A stretch of 64,000 bases of DNA from Spizellomyces punctatus DAOM BR117 (taxonomy: Eukaryota): the NCBI GenBank assembly GCA_000182565.2, contig KQ257453.1; one strand, written 5' to 3'. Of the stretch, positions 38,654-50,100 are shown piece after piece. Every line of letters starts with the position of its first letter. Within the stretch, counting starts at the first letter, position 1. The notes below the pieces were generated by a model. That model searched no databases and was not told the origin of the DNA. It worked only from the letters and a program-made list of their open reading frames with translations. The translations under genes were made by a program, and so were the position numbers.

Positions 38654-39816
38654 ATGAGTGCCACATACGGGACAGATGCAAATGCGGGCTTTGAACCTTA
38701 CGAATTTGGCGAGTTTGGTGGACAAAGCGATGAAGCTGAATTTTTGAAGGGCACGGGAAGAGGGACGGCGGGTTTTGCGGGGGACTTGAGTTCCCCAACT
38801 GTCTCTATTCCGGTATCTGGGAACATGGGCCCCGCTGGGAATGGGCCGACACCTACCTTAGATACGCTCGACGAACCGGTGTCAGCTACTATTGTTAGTA
38901 GGGCTTCCAAGTATTATACCCAGCGAGTATGTCCATAAACTGACCCTTCGTGCCGCAGCTTAGAGACCTTCGTAGCATTTGGGGAAAACTGCGACAAGTG
39001 CTGTTACCGAAACAAGACAGCAAAAACATTTTGAGAGATTGTGAGTATTAAGGGGACCGAAAAGTTCTTGGCTTTATGCGTTAGTTGCCGGGAGCCCGTA
39101 AACGTGCTTTTTTAGGGGATCTATGGGGACCGCTCCTTTTGTGTCTCGCTCTCTCAATGTACGATATTCCATTATGGAGTGGACTCGGATCTTGTTGGAT
39201 AACATGCCTGCATTTTTAGACGATTGACTATCAAAGCGCCACAAGATCAAATACCCCAGGTCTTCACTGCTATTTTTGTGATTGTTTGGTGTGGTGCGGC
39301 CGTTGTCACGTTGAACTCCAAACTACTCGGAGGAACCATGTAAGCTTTCTGGAATCTTGCGAGTACTGTATACGGTTAGCGACATGAATGTTCTGATCTA
39401 CCGGCGTCTATTGCCGCATAGGTCCTTTTTTCAAAGTGTCTGTGTCCTCGGCTACTGCATATTTCCCCTCGTTATTGCCGCTATTATCAGCCTTTTTGTG
39501 CCACTGATTGGCCGCGTTGTATTAGTCAGCGTCGCATTCGCGTGGTCTGTATATGGTACGTGCAAGAAGCCCGAAGTGCAGTGCCGGCTTGTTTTCGGTT
39601 GTACTAAGGTCGTGCATTGTAGCTTCGGTTAGCTTTCTCTCAGATGTCAGTCTAAACCAACGAAGAGCATTGGCATTGTACCCAATGTGCCTTTTTTATT
39701 TTGTCATTGGATGGATGGTACGCATTGTATTTATGTACGTGTCCCCGGTTCTGGATACTGACCGACCTCCTGTAGGTTTTGATTTCAAAGTCCTTTTGGG
39801 AATCGGCGCCATATGA
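38654..39816 (+). CDS. YIP4: Yip1-domain Golgi protein (Yip4/YIPF6)
   Basis: DTLDEPVSATI/LRDL, LRD/WDLWGPL, VVTLNSKLLGG, SFFQSVCVLGYCIFPL and RRALALYP. Confidence 0.9.
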
Positions 39817-39912
39817 TGGCACTCCTTAAATTGCTTGAAACAATCAATAAGGGCTTTTTCTAAAGATCTCTTCGAGTCACATATCCTATCAATATAATGC
39901 ATTGTAATGCCG

Positions 39913-42900
39913 CTATCTGTGATTGCCTGTGAAAATAGCTCGAGTTGGCGGACGATAAATTGTCGTAAGCCTTCTGATGTTCGCACTTACCAACAATATC
40001 CTCTGCTATAAATGCATTGAAATAGTAGATTCCAAGGTTATTCTTCAATGCAATTTGAATCAAATTGGGAGGGTCCATTTTCTGCACGCCACCGGACGTG
40101 CTCAACCGTAATAAGACATCTGCGCTCTGATTTGGCGCTAATGGCTCGGGAACCTGAAGGGAGGCTGCAGGTGTGATACCGTATCTAAATTCCAGCCAGG
40201 ATAAGGCGTTTAATCTAACATTTTGGAAACGGCATGGCAAGTGCGAAGACTTACGTATTAGTGTTGAACTGAATTGCAAATTCAGTCATTGGCCCTGATG
40301 TTCGGTTCGCAAAACTTAGCTCCAGATAGAGGTCCCCATTCCTTCTGGTGAAGGCTCCTTGCACGTCGAGCCCCTTTGCATTGGCCGAAGTCAAAAAGGA
40401 GACCTTTGGAGTTGTGCTAGTCGCGCCAACCATAGGCTCAAAGCCGCCGGGTTGATAGGTAGGGGTAGATGTTGAGGGAGATAGGTCAGTAAGCCCAAGA
40501 AGATCGTCAATGGCGCTTGTTTGTGTCCTCATTGGTGGAGGTGTGGCAACTGCAGGAGACCCTGCAGACGGACCACCAAAGTCGAGATCGAGGAGATTGT
40601 CAATACCGCCACCGACCACAGCGTTCACCTGGGCTGCCACTGTGCGTGCGTCGACCTCCGGCTCCTCGCCTTCCAAATCAAGGCTAAAGGGGAAAAAGAA
40701 GGTGGCGTGAACAAGAGTGATAAGAAGACCATCAGCCACATTTGTGCAAATAATATACTGTACTAACACTTCTCGAGTACGACCAATTTCCACGGAGGTA
40801 CCTCCAAGGAGTGAAGGTGACTTGTGGTAGACAGAGGCAAGACTTCCGATATTATGGAGTAGCTCATCTAGTAATGATTCACTGACCGTAGCAGTGTCGG
40901 CTTCGATTGGGGGTTTCTCCGCCAAGACTACAGCCTACAATGGGAGGTGCTGAGTTTACGCTCGTAATGCATGTAGATCGTCTCCACAAACCTTCGCAGT
41001 TTGTGGATTACTCGATAAGAGTCGCCAATATATGTAGGCTCGATCCCGAATATCTGGGTTATCGCAGCCTTGGGTGGCCGTAGTCAGAATTCGTTGAACA
41101 ATCTCTTGTGCAGCACCCGGTTTCTTCAAAAACAATTTGACGGAAGCCGAGATAAGCTGCAGCTGAACCTAACAAAAGATAAGCACACATTGATATTGCG
41201 ATGCGGCCGAATCTCTTCTGTAACGTTCTCGGATCCATACCATAGATGTCTCATCTTTAAAACCCTCCAAGAAAAACTCTAGCAGCTCAGTAGCATTGTC
41301 AATTCGGTCGGCATATTCGCCAACAATCCAGATTAGAGAAGCTTTTGCTTCTGGTTCGTCCAATGTATCGAGGTTTTCGCACAGAGCGGGTATAATACCC
41401 TCATATCTATTTGGGTACTTGCGAAAGATATCCTGAAACAGAGAGCGATAAGCAAATAGCTCATATAACGAGTGTATGATAGTTGAAATCACCTTGATGA
41501 CGACAATAGCCTCCTGCACAACATGGCTGACCTTTGTCTTGATCAAATCAAGCAAAGCATTCACACATTTTTCTGATGCTGATTCAATCTTCACGGCACA
41601 CCGTCCTATGGCACCGACAGATTTTCGTACAAAATCGACATCCACCTCGTTCGCATACCTATGAATATTGCGAGGCCCAAAGTTAGATGTTTCATCGGAA
41701 TGAAAAATCAATCTCTTCTCACTCCCGTAGTTCGGATAACACTTGGTCGACATTCTTGTCGGAGCATAACTTGATTATGACTTCCAATTTCTCAAGTTTC
41801 ACGTAGGGCGGATCATTATATTTAATGAAGAATACTCGAATTTCTTGATTCAGAACGTCCGCCCGTTTTTGAAGAATCAGATTGATGTTTCGCAAAGCGA
41901 CATATTGTATCTCCGGCTCTGATGACAGTAAAGTGACTGTACACAAGTTATTTCAATCAATAGTCCCGAATGCGAAATTTGCCAGGCTAGCCATTACCTA
42001 ATGGGGGAGCCATCTTCCTTGTGATTTGCTTTAAAAGTTCGTCATTAGTGATGAATTCCAGGTAGATCATCAACACCTAACAGTTCGTACGAATGATTGT
42101 ATCAGTCACCTGCTGTCCAGACTGACAGAGCGTAGTAACGCGAACCCACCCTCACTGCCGACAGCACAACACTGGCATTGGCATGTTGCAACCGGGGCAG
42201 TACCCGCTCCGCGATATCGCCCGCCTCACGAGTGTCATGCGGACGATAACTAGCTAACGAATTAAGAATGCAGATTTGGCCCCATCTGTAGGAAAATAGA
42301 ATCCATTAGATAGTGAAAATCAGTCGGAAAGGCGTGTGCTTACTCTGTGCATTCATTCAAAGCCGCTAACAGTTTCGTGAGTATGCTTCTGTTGACGACA
42401 AATACGTCACGCCGAACAGAAGCTTCACTAATTTCGGCAAGCGCAGCGACAGCGTTCGCAATCACCTATTTCAGGCAGTTGCAAATGCGGCCCAAGGATC
42501 AGGATGCGAACGCATACCTGAGTCGAATGTAACTCTCAGCCATACCATTGGATTTCTATCTGAGAGCATGTCTTGAACGATAGTAATCAGACCGTTGTCA
42601 ATCGCAATCATAGGTGAAAGGTCGTAGAGTTTGGCCACGCACAAGGCTGCGGTCTTCCGGACATATGGGTCTTCGTCCTACGGTAGGGGCTTAACATACT
42701 TGTCGCAAAATCGCAACAATAACTTAATTTGACAACATCAACCTTTAATCCCTTCTTCAATGGCTCCAATAGATAATCAATTATCTTCTCCACTCGTAGC
42801 ATACCCATCGTCCTGATTGCGAGCGCACGAATCAACGGGTTCACATCGTCTGTGTCCTGTTGACAAGATTAACTTCTGTCATAGTTAGGGCTAAAAAGTT

Positions 42901-43282
42901 CACTTTTTAACCTTAACGAATGTGTTCACGGCCAGAATAACGAGTTCTGGCTGGGTCCTCGCGTAATTGATGAGGTAGAGGTAGACCAACTTCTTGAGTT
43001 CAAGATCCTCCGTCTGCATGTTCTTGACCACATCCGCAAAAAGACTGCTGACATCTTTTCCTATAGTCATATTGGCAATGACCTTTTTGACGGTCTCTTT
43101 TCGTTTCTCTCTGTATTCACTGTTTAAATCGGCTTTCAATTCAAAGTTCTCGCCTGTTGGGGGTAATGGGTCGCCACCATTAGGAGCGTGCCATGGGCCC
43201 ACGCGACGTTAACTGTGGCCGTTGAGATCCCACCTTTCTTCGTCGTGGAGAAAAACTTTGGACCCCGCACCGCAGCTGCCAT
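39913..43282 (-). CDS. APL2: Clathrin adaptor beta-adaptin (AP-1 beta, Apl2-like)
   Basis: [16 protein letters not shown]...[17 protein letters not shown]...[53 protein letters not shown], clathrin box LLDLD and an appendage segment. Confidence 0.9.
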
Positions 43283-43424
43283 CTTGAAAGTTATGTTGGG
43301 AAAAACAAAATGTCTAGGATTGCCCCCACGACGGTTCACACAATGTAACTGCTGTGCCATTGGCTTACGTAAGATTGGAGCTATTATTTTGGACCAAAGA
43401 AAGTTGGGGACATGGCTATGGGAG

Positions 43425-45006
43425 CTACACTACAACCCCAGCTAGCGCCGGCCGGGAACGATCCGTCAAGTAGACATGCCCATCATCATGTCTTTCTCGC
43501 TCTAAAGGCATCCAGGGCACCGCCGGGCAGCGTGGAATGGGTTTAGGGGTGTATTGCGAGCGCATAGTCGTCCCCCAGTCCCGGTCGTCGTGCTGTGGAT
43601 TGTAAGTCGCCCTTGGTCTGAAGTCAGCCTCGCGAGTTTGGTGTGCGGGAGGCTGATAGTCCAGGCGGTGTGTGCTTGTCGCATCAAACTTTGTTGGAAC
43701 CGCTTGGTACTTGGGGACAATGCGCAGAAGCCTCTCCACCGTTTTCGGTTGATAGTTATCGTGGTCTGCAGGCAACCTTGTGTCAAAGTTGCAGTCAAAC
43801 AGTAATAAGAGGACAAAGCTTACATGTAGTAGAATCCTGGAAAACGGATTGGTTAGGAGTGTATATAGCCTTTTTCTTCGGTTCCTTGGTCGGTAAGGTC
43901 CAACGGCGGAAGCTGTCTCGATTGGTGGTGACACCTTCAAACTTTACCGGAGACACCACATACGCTTGACGGGGAGCCTAAGCACTTGAATGAGGAAGGA
44001 GGCCGATGGAAAATTAGGAAAGAAAGGGTATACCATGGACAAGGAACTCCTGGGTAACTGATGACCCACGTATGTGGCGCCTGTCGTCGACTTAAATTCC
44101 CTGTGCTCGCCTTATATAAACGTCGTGAAGTAGTGCCAATCAAGGTTACAAAATTACCTGTCTTCTGTTGGACTGACGTAGCTGGCTACCTCTCGAGACT
44201 TTGCTGGAGGAGGAACAGGCCAAGCGCGATAATCTGCATCGTGCGTCGTTACACCTTCAAATCTGGTATTAGGTTTGAGGTAGTCAGCAGCCTTTCGAAA
44301 GGGCCTGGACTGCAATTCAAACGGGCGGAAGTCCCGTCTGTTGGTGGTCTGGCCATCGAATTTGGCTATGAAACAACTACCGTCAGCAGAACCTCAACAC
44401 ATCAGAATGTGGTGTCAATGCTCACCGGTGTTCTCAATATGGTTTGCTTTGGGTCTCATTGATGATACAGTGGTGATTGGCCAAGCAGGAAAGTCATGCT
44501 TCTGAGTAGTGGTAGAATCAAACGGAGCGTCATTTCGAGCATATACGACCTTTTTGGGCTGGCGGTACGCATGAGAATGGCGCTGGGCGGAGATACACTT
44601 TAACCAAAGTACTTACCGGCATCTGCGGGGGAAATGCGTGAGCTACAAACTTTTCCCGACTGTCTCCAATAAAGGGTAGTTTAGCACTTGATGATACATT
44701 TATCAGATCGAGTGGGGAACATCTCATACTTTTCAGTAGAACCATAAAAATCCCCTCCAATTGAGAGCTGCTGGGGATGGGCCTTTCCCCGCAATCGTCT
44801 CTCCGTCTGATACTTCACATAATTGTCTCCATATTCTGGAAGGATCTTATGTTTTAACAGAGCCCTGCCACAAAATGAGACATGTTCTTACCGGTATGAG
44901 CGTCAAGATGCCCTTCCACAGTTCTTGCAACTTTGCACAACTTATGCCTGCCGCAGGTGCAAACAGCGCAGATGCATTTTTCTTCATGCTTCCTAGAATC
45001 ATGCAT
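43425..45006 (-). CDS. Axonemal microtubule-stabilising protein SAXO/FAM154 family
   Basis: N-terminal KCICAVCTCGRHK signature and repeated Mn motifs (FDSTTTQKHDF, FDGQTTNRRDF, FEGVTTHDADY, FEGVTTNRDSF, FDATSTHRLDY). Apparent 1-nt frameshift near 44752. Confidence 0.85.
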
Positions 45007-45174
45007 TGTAGGAAGCGCCAATCTATTCCAGTGTTGACCCGAGTACGAGAAGGTTGAAGCAAGGTCTTCCAGGGGATATATCAGCTATTCATTCATGCAA
45101 CTTATATTCGATCGGCCAAAAATCAAAAAATAGCATCGGGGAATTTGACGATTAGCTGTAGGTAAGCAGAACGC

Positions 45175-45389
45175 GTGACTAAACCCTTCTTTAGTGTGCA
45201 GGTGGTAGAAAATGTCACTAGGGACAAATTCTCCCTCCAACCCACTACAGCCGGTTCTAATTTACAATTAGCCAGCCTGTCCAACCCTTCATAACCTATC
45301 CTGCAAACGAGTCCCACCCCATCCTAACTCGCTACAGATTCCGGCCTGGGTTGAACTGGGGTACGTGCAAAGCAGCACGATTCCACTAA
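45175..45389 (-). ncRNA. Putative novel structured RNA (candidate alternative omegaRNA) plus flanking guide
   Basis: Occupies the omegaRNA position of element A. Several nested stems found by eye and a terminal CUAGUG...CACUA pseudoknot potential. Confidence 0.55.
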
Positions 45390-45919
45390 CTACCACTAGG
45401 CCCAATTACACATGCGATACATTACGGTTGTTTCTAACCGGGTAACTAAGCCCACCACCACGAGAGAAATCCTACAAAGCCTTTGATTCCGAAATTCTTT
45501 AGTCGGAGGATGTTCAGATACTAATTAAACCAGAATTAGACTCGGAATCCGCGTGGGAAAAATCAGCAAGATATACCTGCGATCGTAGCAATATAGTAGT
45601 AGCAGCGTTTGCAAGGGGTTATGTTGTTGTTGTCGGGCGGGCGAGGTCCTCGACACCAGAGCAGTATTCTCATGGTGGACTTGAGAGTTGAGCGTTGGGC
45701 AGATGCTTGCGAGTCGAGAATGGGTAAAGAGGAAAGAGGGAAAAGGCCCCCCTTTTATAGACCTTTGGCATGCGCCTCACCGCAGTTTAAAAAAAAAAAC
45801 ATTACATGCATGCCTCACCGCTTTGAGCGATAGATGGGGGTGCTGATTATGCGATATGATTAACCGGATTATCCGGATAATAATGGGTTCTAGTGCCATT
45901 TTCAATCACCTCCACACTC
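45192..45919 (-). mobile_element. Element B: non-autonomous TIR element of the same family as A, 728 bp, with a different 3' RNA module
   Basis: TIRs 45192-45221 and 45890-45919 match at 25/30. The segment ~45690-45919 is nearly identical to ~30955-31194 of A, with patchy homology down to 45390. The 5' junction reads CAGA instead of CATA. Confidence 0.9.
45690..45800 (-). promoter_or_regulatory. Pol II-type promoter of element B: T11 tract, TATAAAA (45759-45753), CT-rich stretch
   Basis: The minus strand reads T11...CTATAAAAGGGGGGCCTTTTCCCTCTTTCCTCTTTACCC. The same block is in A (T18, TGTAAAA at 31025-31019). Confidence 0.6.
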
Positions 45920-45939
45920 TGCTGGAACTGGTTCGGTCA

Positions 45940-47012
45940 ATGGACATGCGCGAAATGGGGAATGGTTCCCAACAGGACAGTTCAGATCCGTTCGGGGCAT
46001 TCGACATTGACGAAGCAGATTTGGAGCCACTCTATCATCAGGACCGGCTATGCTGTCCACAATGCAGACGAAATCACAAAGTTTTTTGCCCCCGCTGCGG
46101 TAATAACGACAAGACTGGCACCCGCAAAAGAGAAGGGAACTCACTTTTCTATATGCCTTTCTTACTTTACTATAGGCATACCATTAGGCCATACACCTCC
46201 CCATGTCCAATTGCCGATATCTGTGGACATGTATGTTCGACAAGCAGTGTTCTAAAGCTATGACACTCATTCTCGTCGTGCAGTTACCGTGACCCGCGAG
46301 AAACTGAGGGCAAAAGTACGTCAGCACATGCGCGCATCATTGCGCCTGATTCAGTTACAATTAAGGTATGCCTCTGCATGTCGTCCGTCATGTACCAGAA
46401 GGCCAATATAAGTATGGTTGTAGGTAGAAAATATGGTGAAAGCGCCGGATACGTCGAGCATTACAAAGTATACAGATCCGCAACGATGTCTTCTTCTCTT
46501 TCCCTCCGAGGTGTGAGCTGCATGATTTGGCTTCTGACCTGTTGCTGTGTTTGTCATCGATTCCTTCATATGGCTAGGATGCCCTACCGCTAGCTGACAT
46601 AGAGCCAGGTTCTTTCGACAAACTGATTGTGCTTGATGGAACGTGGAAACAAGGGAAGGCGATGGCTGGTGCAATAGCTGGTCAGAGCTTTCAGAGAGTG
46701 TCTATCCGAAGTCGCCGGACCCTCTTTTGGCGTTACCAGCCTTTTGGAGAGACCTACCTGTCGACGATTGAGGCAGTGTACTGGTTCTTTCGAGACTTTC
46801 ATGACGCATATAGCAGAGATCCTTACGATGGTCGCTACGACAATCTATTATTCTATTTTAAACTGCAGTGGGGCCTGATTCAGGACATCTATTCTAGAAA
46901 TCCACAGAAACAGTTCACGTCAAGGAAATTGGATGGGGAAAGTTACATCCGGGGAAGGGCGAGACTGCAGAATAGTGCGAGTCCTCCTGATACGGAGGAA
47001 GCGCAAACTTAA
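45940..47012 (+). CDS. DTWD1: tRNA-uridine aminocarboxypropyltransferase (DTW domain)
   Basis: CPQC...FCPRC, EGKSTSAHARIIAP, LLLFPS, LIVLDGTWKQG, TLFWRYQ, YLSTIEAVYWF and YDNLLFYF. Confidence 0.9.
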
Positions 47013-47177
47013 TAGTAAATGTACTGTAATGCATGAAAGAATGTAAATAAATAGATAGCGTTCGTAAGGGTCGTGTTGTGGTAAGCGTGGCTTGTGTGTC
47101 CAATGGGTCGGACATGCACCAGGGACACACTTCCTCACCTGCAAAGCACGCTTACTGACGATCTCCCCCAACACACC

Positions 47178-50100
47178 ATGTTATCACATGTAGAGGGCTT
47201 AATAGCTGAGCAAGTGAGTATTCAAGCAGCAGGCAAACTGAAACAGCCATCGCCTATGCTGATTTATCTCATGCCAGCATCCCGAAGGTGCTCGACCGCG
47301 CATGGTCATTTCGAAAATGGTTCTCAGAAATTTCAAGTCGTACGCAGGGACGGTTGAAATAGGGCCGTTTCATAAGGTTTGAGTGACCTATTTCAACAGC
47401 AGCTACCAGTAAACGCTTATCAGTTTGCTTTTGCCAGTCCTTCACCTCAATAGTCGGCCCCAACGGGTCTGGAAAATCGAACGTTATTGACTCGCTCTTA
47501 TTTGTGTTTGGGTTCAAAGCGAAGAAAATGAGACAAGGAAAGCTATCTGAACTCATTCACAACTCCACACACCACCAGAACCTAGATAGTTGCAGTGTCG
47601 AGGTGCACTTCCGCGAAATAATAGACCTGGTATCTTTGAAATGATAATATTCCCTTCATCTTATGTTTACAAGAATTCTAATGCTAGTATATGGATAGCC
47701 AGGGCCGGATGCTTTTAGCATGGTCGAAGGCTCTGATCTCGTTGTGTCACGATCTGTTGAACGAGGCGGGAGTGACAGAGCGCCAGATAAGAGCATCTAT
47801 CGGATCAATGGACGGACGAGTAGTTTCACAGAGGTGACCGGCCTGCTAAAAAGTAAGGGTGTTGACCTGGAGCATAAGCGGTTTTTGATTCTTCAGGTAG
47901 GTGCTGTGTCGATTCTTAAATTTATAGGTGCGTATGACGAATACTATTGACCAAAGGGGGAAGTGGAGTCAATTTCTCTCATGAAGCCCAAAGCCCAAAA
48001 TGAACATGAAGATGGGCTGCTCGAGTATCTAGAAGACATCATTGGAACCTCCCGCTATAAACAACCCATCGAAGATGCAAACAAGCAGCTCGATGAACTA
48101 AACGAGGAACGTTCAGAGAAGCTGAACCGACTAAAATTTGTGGAGAGGGATAAGAAGTCATTAGAGGTACATGAACTGTCGTCTTACTTTGACGCATTTC
48201 GTGCATTTGCAAATCTCAAGTTCTTGCTCTGTTTAAAATAGTCGAAAAGAAAAGACGCCGAAGACTTCATTCACACAGAAAATCTGCTTAAGAAGAAGAA
48301 GAATGCACTCTATCATATTTACCTCGCCGAGTGCACCCTTGAAATTGCCAGCCTTAGTTCCACCATAGAGTCCCTAAATGTCAAACAGGAAGGCGAAAGC
48401 CGGAGGTTCATGACGTTGAAAGAAGAAGTGAACTCGTTGGAGGAAAGACATAGTACCATACAGAATGATTACAATGTAATGACATAGTATGAGATCATAT
48501 GCTTTATGACTTGCTGACGGCTTTGATCAGACTATAGCAGCAAAGGCCAAATCAGTTCGGGACGAACTGCAACGATATGATCGCGCGGAGGTCGAACTTA
48601 AAGAAAAGGAAGCACATCTGCAAAAGAAGCTGAAAAAGCTTTCCAGTGCCCTTCACAAAGTAGGACCTAGTAATTTCTTTCAGGTGGATGCCAATGCTGA
48701 TAGAGTTGCAGGAGAGTCTGCAGCGTTCGGAGAATGAAACTTGGATTCGCAACTTCGATGCGGATATGGAGAAAGCCACAATGGAGGCTGGTGAGCTGGC
48801 ATCACGACTTGCCGCCGAGGAGAAGGCACTCGAAACAATCAGGGAAAGTCTAAAAGGTGTCTATCTAGGATGTACTGCATAGTAGAGGACTGAGCTGATG
48901 CAAGTGTCATAGGCAAGACGGAGGTCTTTCAAAAACAGATCGAAAAGAAGCAGGAAGAGTTAGCTCCCTGGATGGAGAAAATAAATGAAAAGCAAGCGGC
49001 ATTAGACGTTGCGTCATCGGAGAGGGAACTACTAGAGCAGAAAATAACATCTTCGAAAACTGCATTGAAGGAAGCTGAGCAGAAAGTTGTGGAGCTTCGC
49101 GCTTTACTTGGGCGGAAGGTAACATTGTTCCTCGACCGCTGGTCGTTTATTCTATTAAAATTTTTCAAACATGAAACTATACAGCAAAAGGAGCTTTCGC
49201 TAATACGGGAGTCGCAAGAGGCTCTGGAAGCGAAAAACATAAGTCTCCAGAAGGCAATGCAGGAGTGCACGATTAAGGAACAGGACCTGCGCAAATCTGT
49301 CACGCAGTCACGGCAGAAGGCGGACGAAGCGAAGGTGTCCCTGCAGGCAGCTCAAACCAGAGGCAAAGTGCATACAAGTTTAATCCAGCAGAGCCACACC
49401 GGCAGAATTCCAGGGATCTGTGTGAGCATCAGCCAGAGGAACTAATCATCCTATCTTTTCCTGTTGGCTCAATTATCACTTAATCCTAGGGACGGTTGGG
49501 AGACCTTGGCGTGATTGATGATGCCTACGACATTGCCGTCACCACCGCATGCGGCGCCCTCGATGCAATTGTCGTTGATACGGTAGATGCGGGACAGCAA
49601 TGCATCGAATTTTTGCGAAAGCAAAGCCTTGGCCGCGCAACCTTTATCTGCTTGGACAAGCTTAAACAGGGAAATCGAGAGCCCATTGACACTCCCGAAA
49701 GGGTCCCCCGTTTATTTGACTTGATCAAACCTAAGCATCCCAAATATGCTCAGGCTTTTTATCAAGTGCTGCAAGATACTTTAGTGGCAAAAGACTTGGA
49801 GCAAGCGAATCGGATAGCTTTCGGTAATTCGCGACGGTATCGCGTTGTTACGCTTGATGGACAGCTTATTGACACTTCGGGGACCATGAGCGGCGGAGGA
49901 AACAAACCACAGCGTGGGGGAATGAGCTCTAAATTTGCAGCTGACGGGGTCACGCAAGCAACTGTGGTCCAACTCGAGAAAGAGAAGGAACAGATTGAAG
50001 GGGTGTTGCAAGAGCTGCTCGAGAAGCGCCGCCAGTTGGAGCAGCAGATTGATGAGTGTGGACGCCAGCTGCCCGCTGTTGAGCTAGAATTGACAAAAGT

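Noticed and set aside
40267-40278. AACTGAATTGCA in APL2, partly resembling element A's guide
   Set aside because: Short, gapped, AT-rich match with no adjacent CATA TAM; expected by chance.
45222-45389. Hammerhead or twister ribozyme as the identity of B's RNA
   Set aside because: I found no CUGANGA/GAAA core or convincing twister consensus on either strand by eye. A covariance-model search is still needed to exclude this fully.
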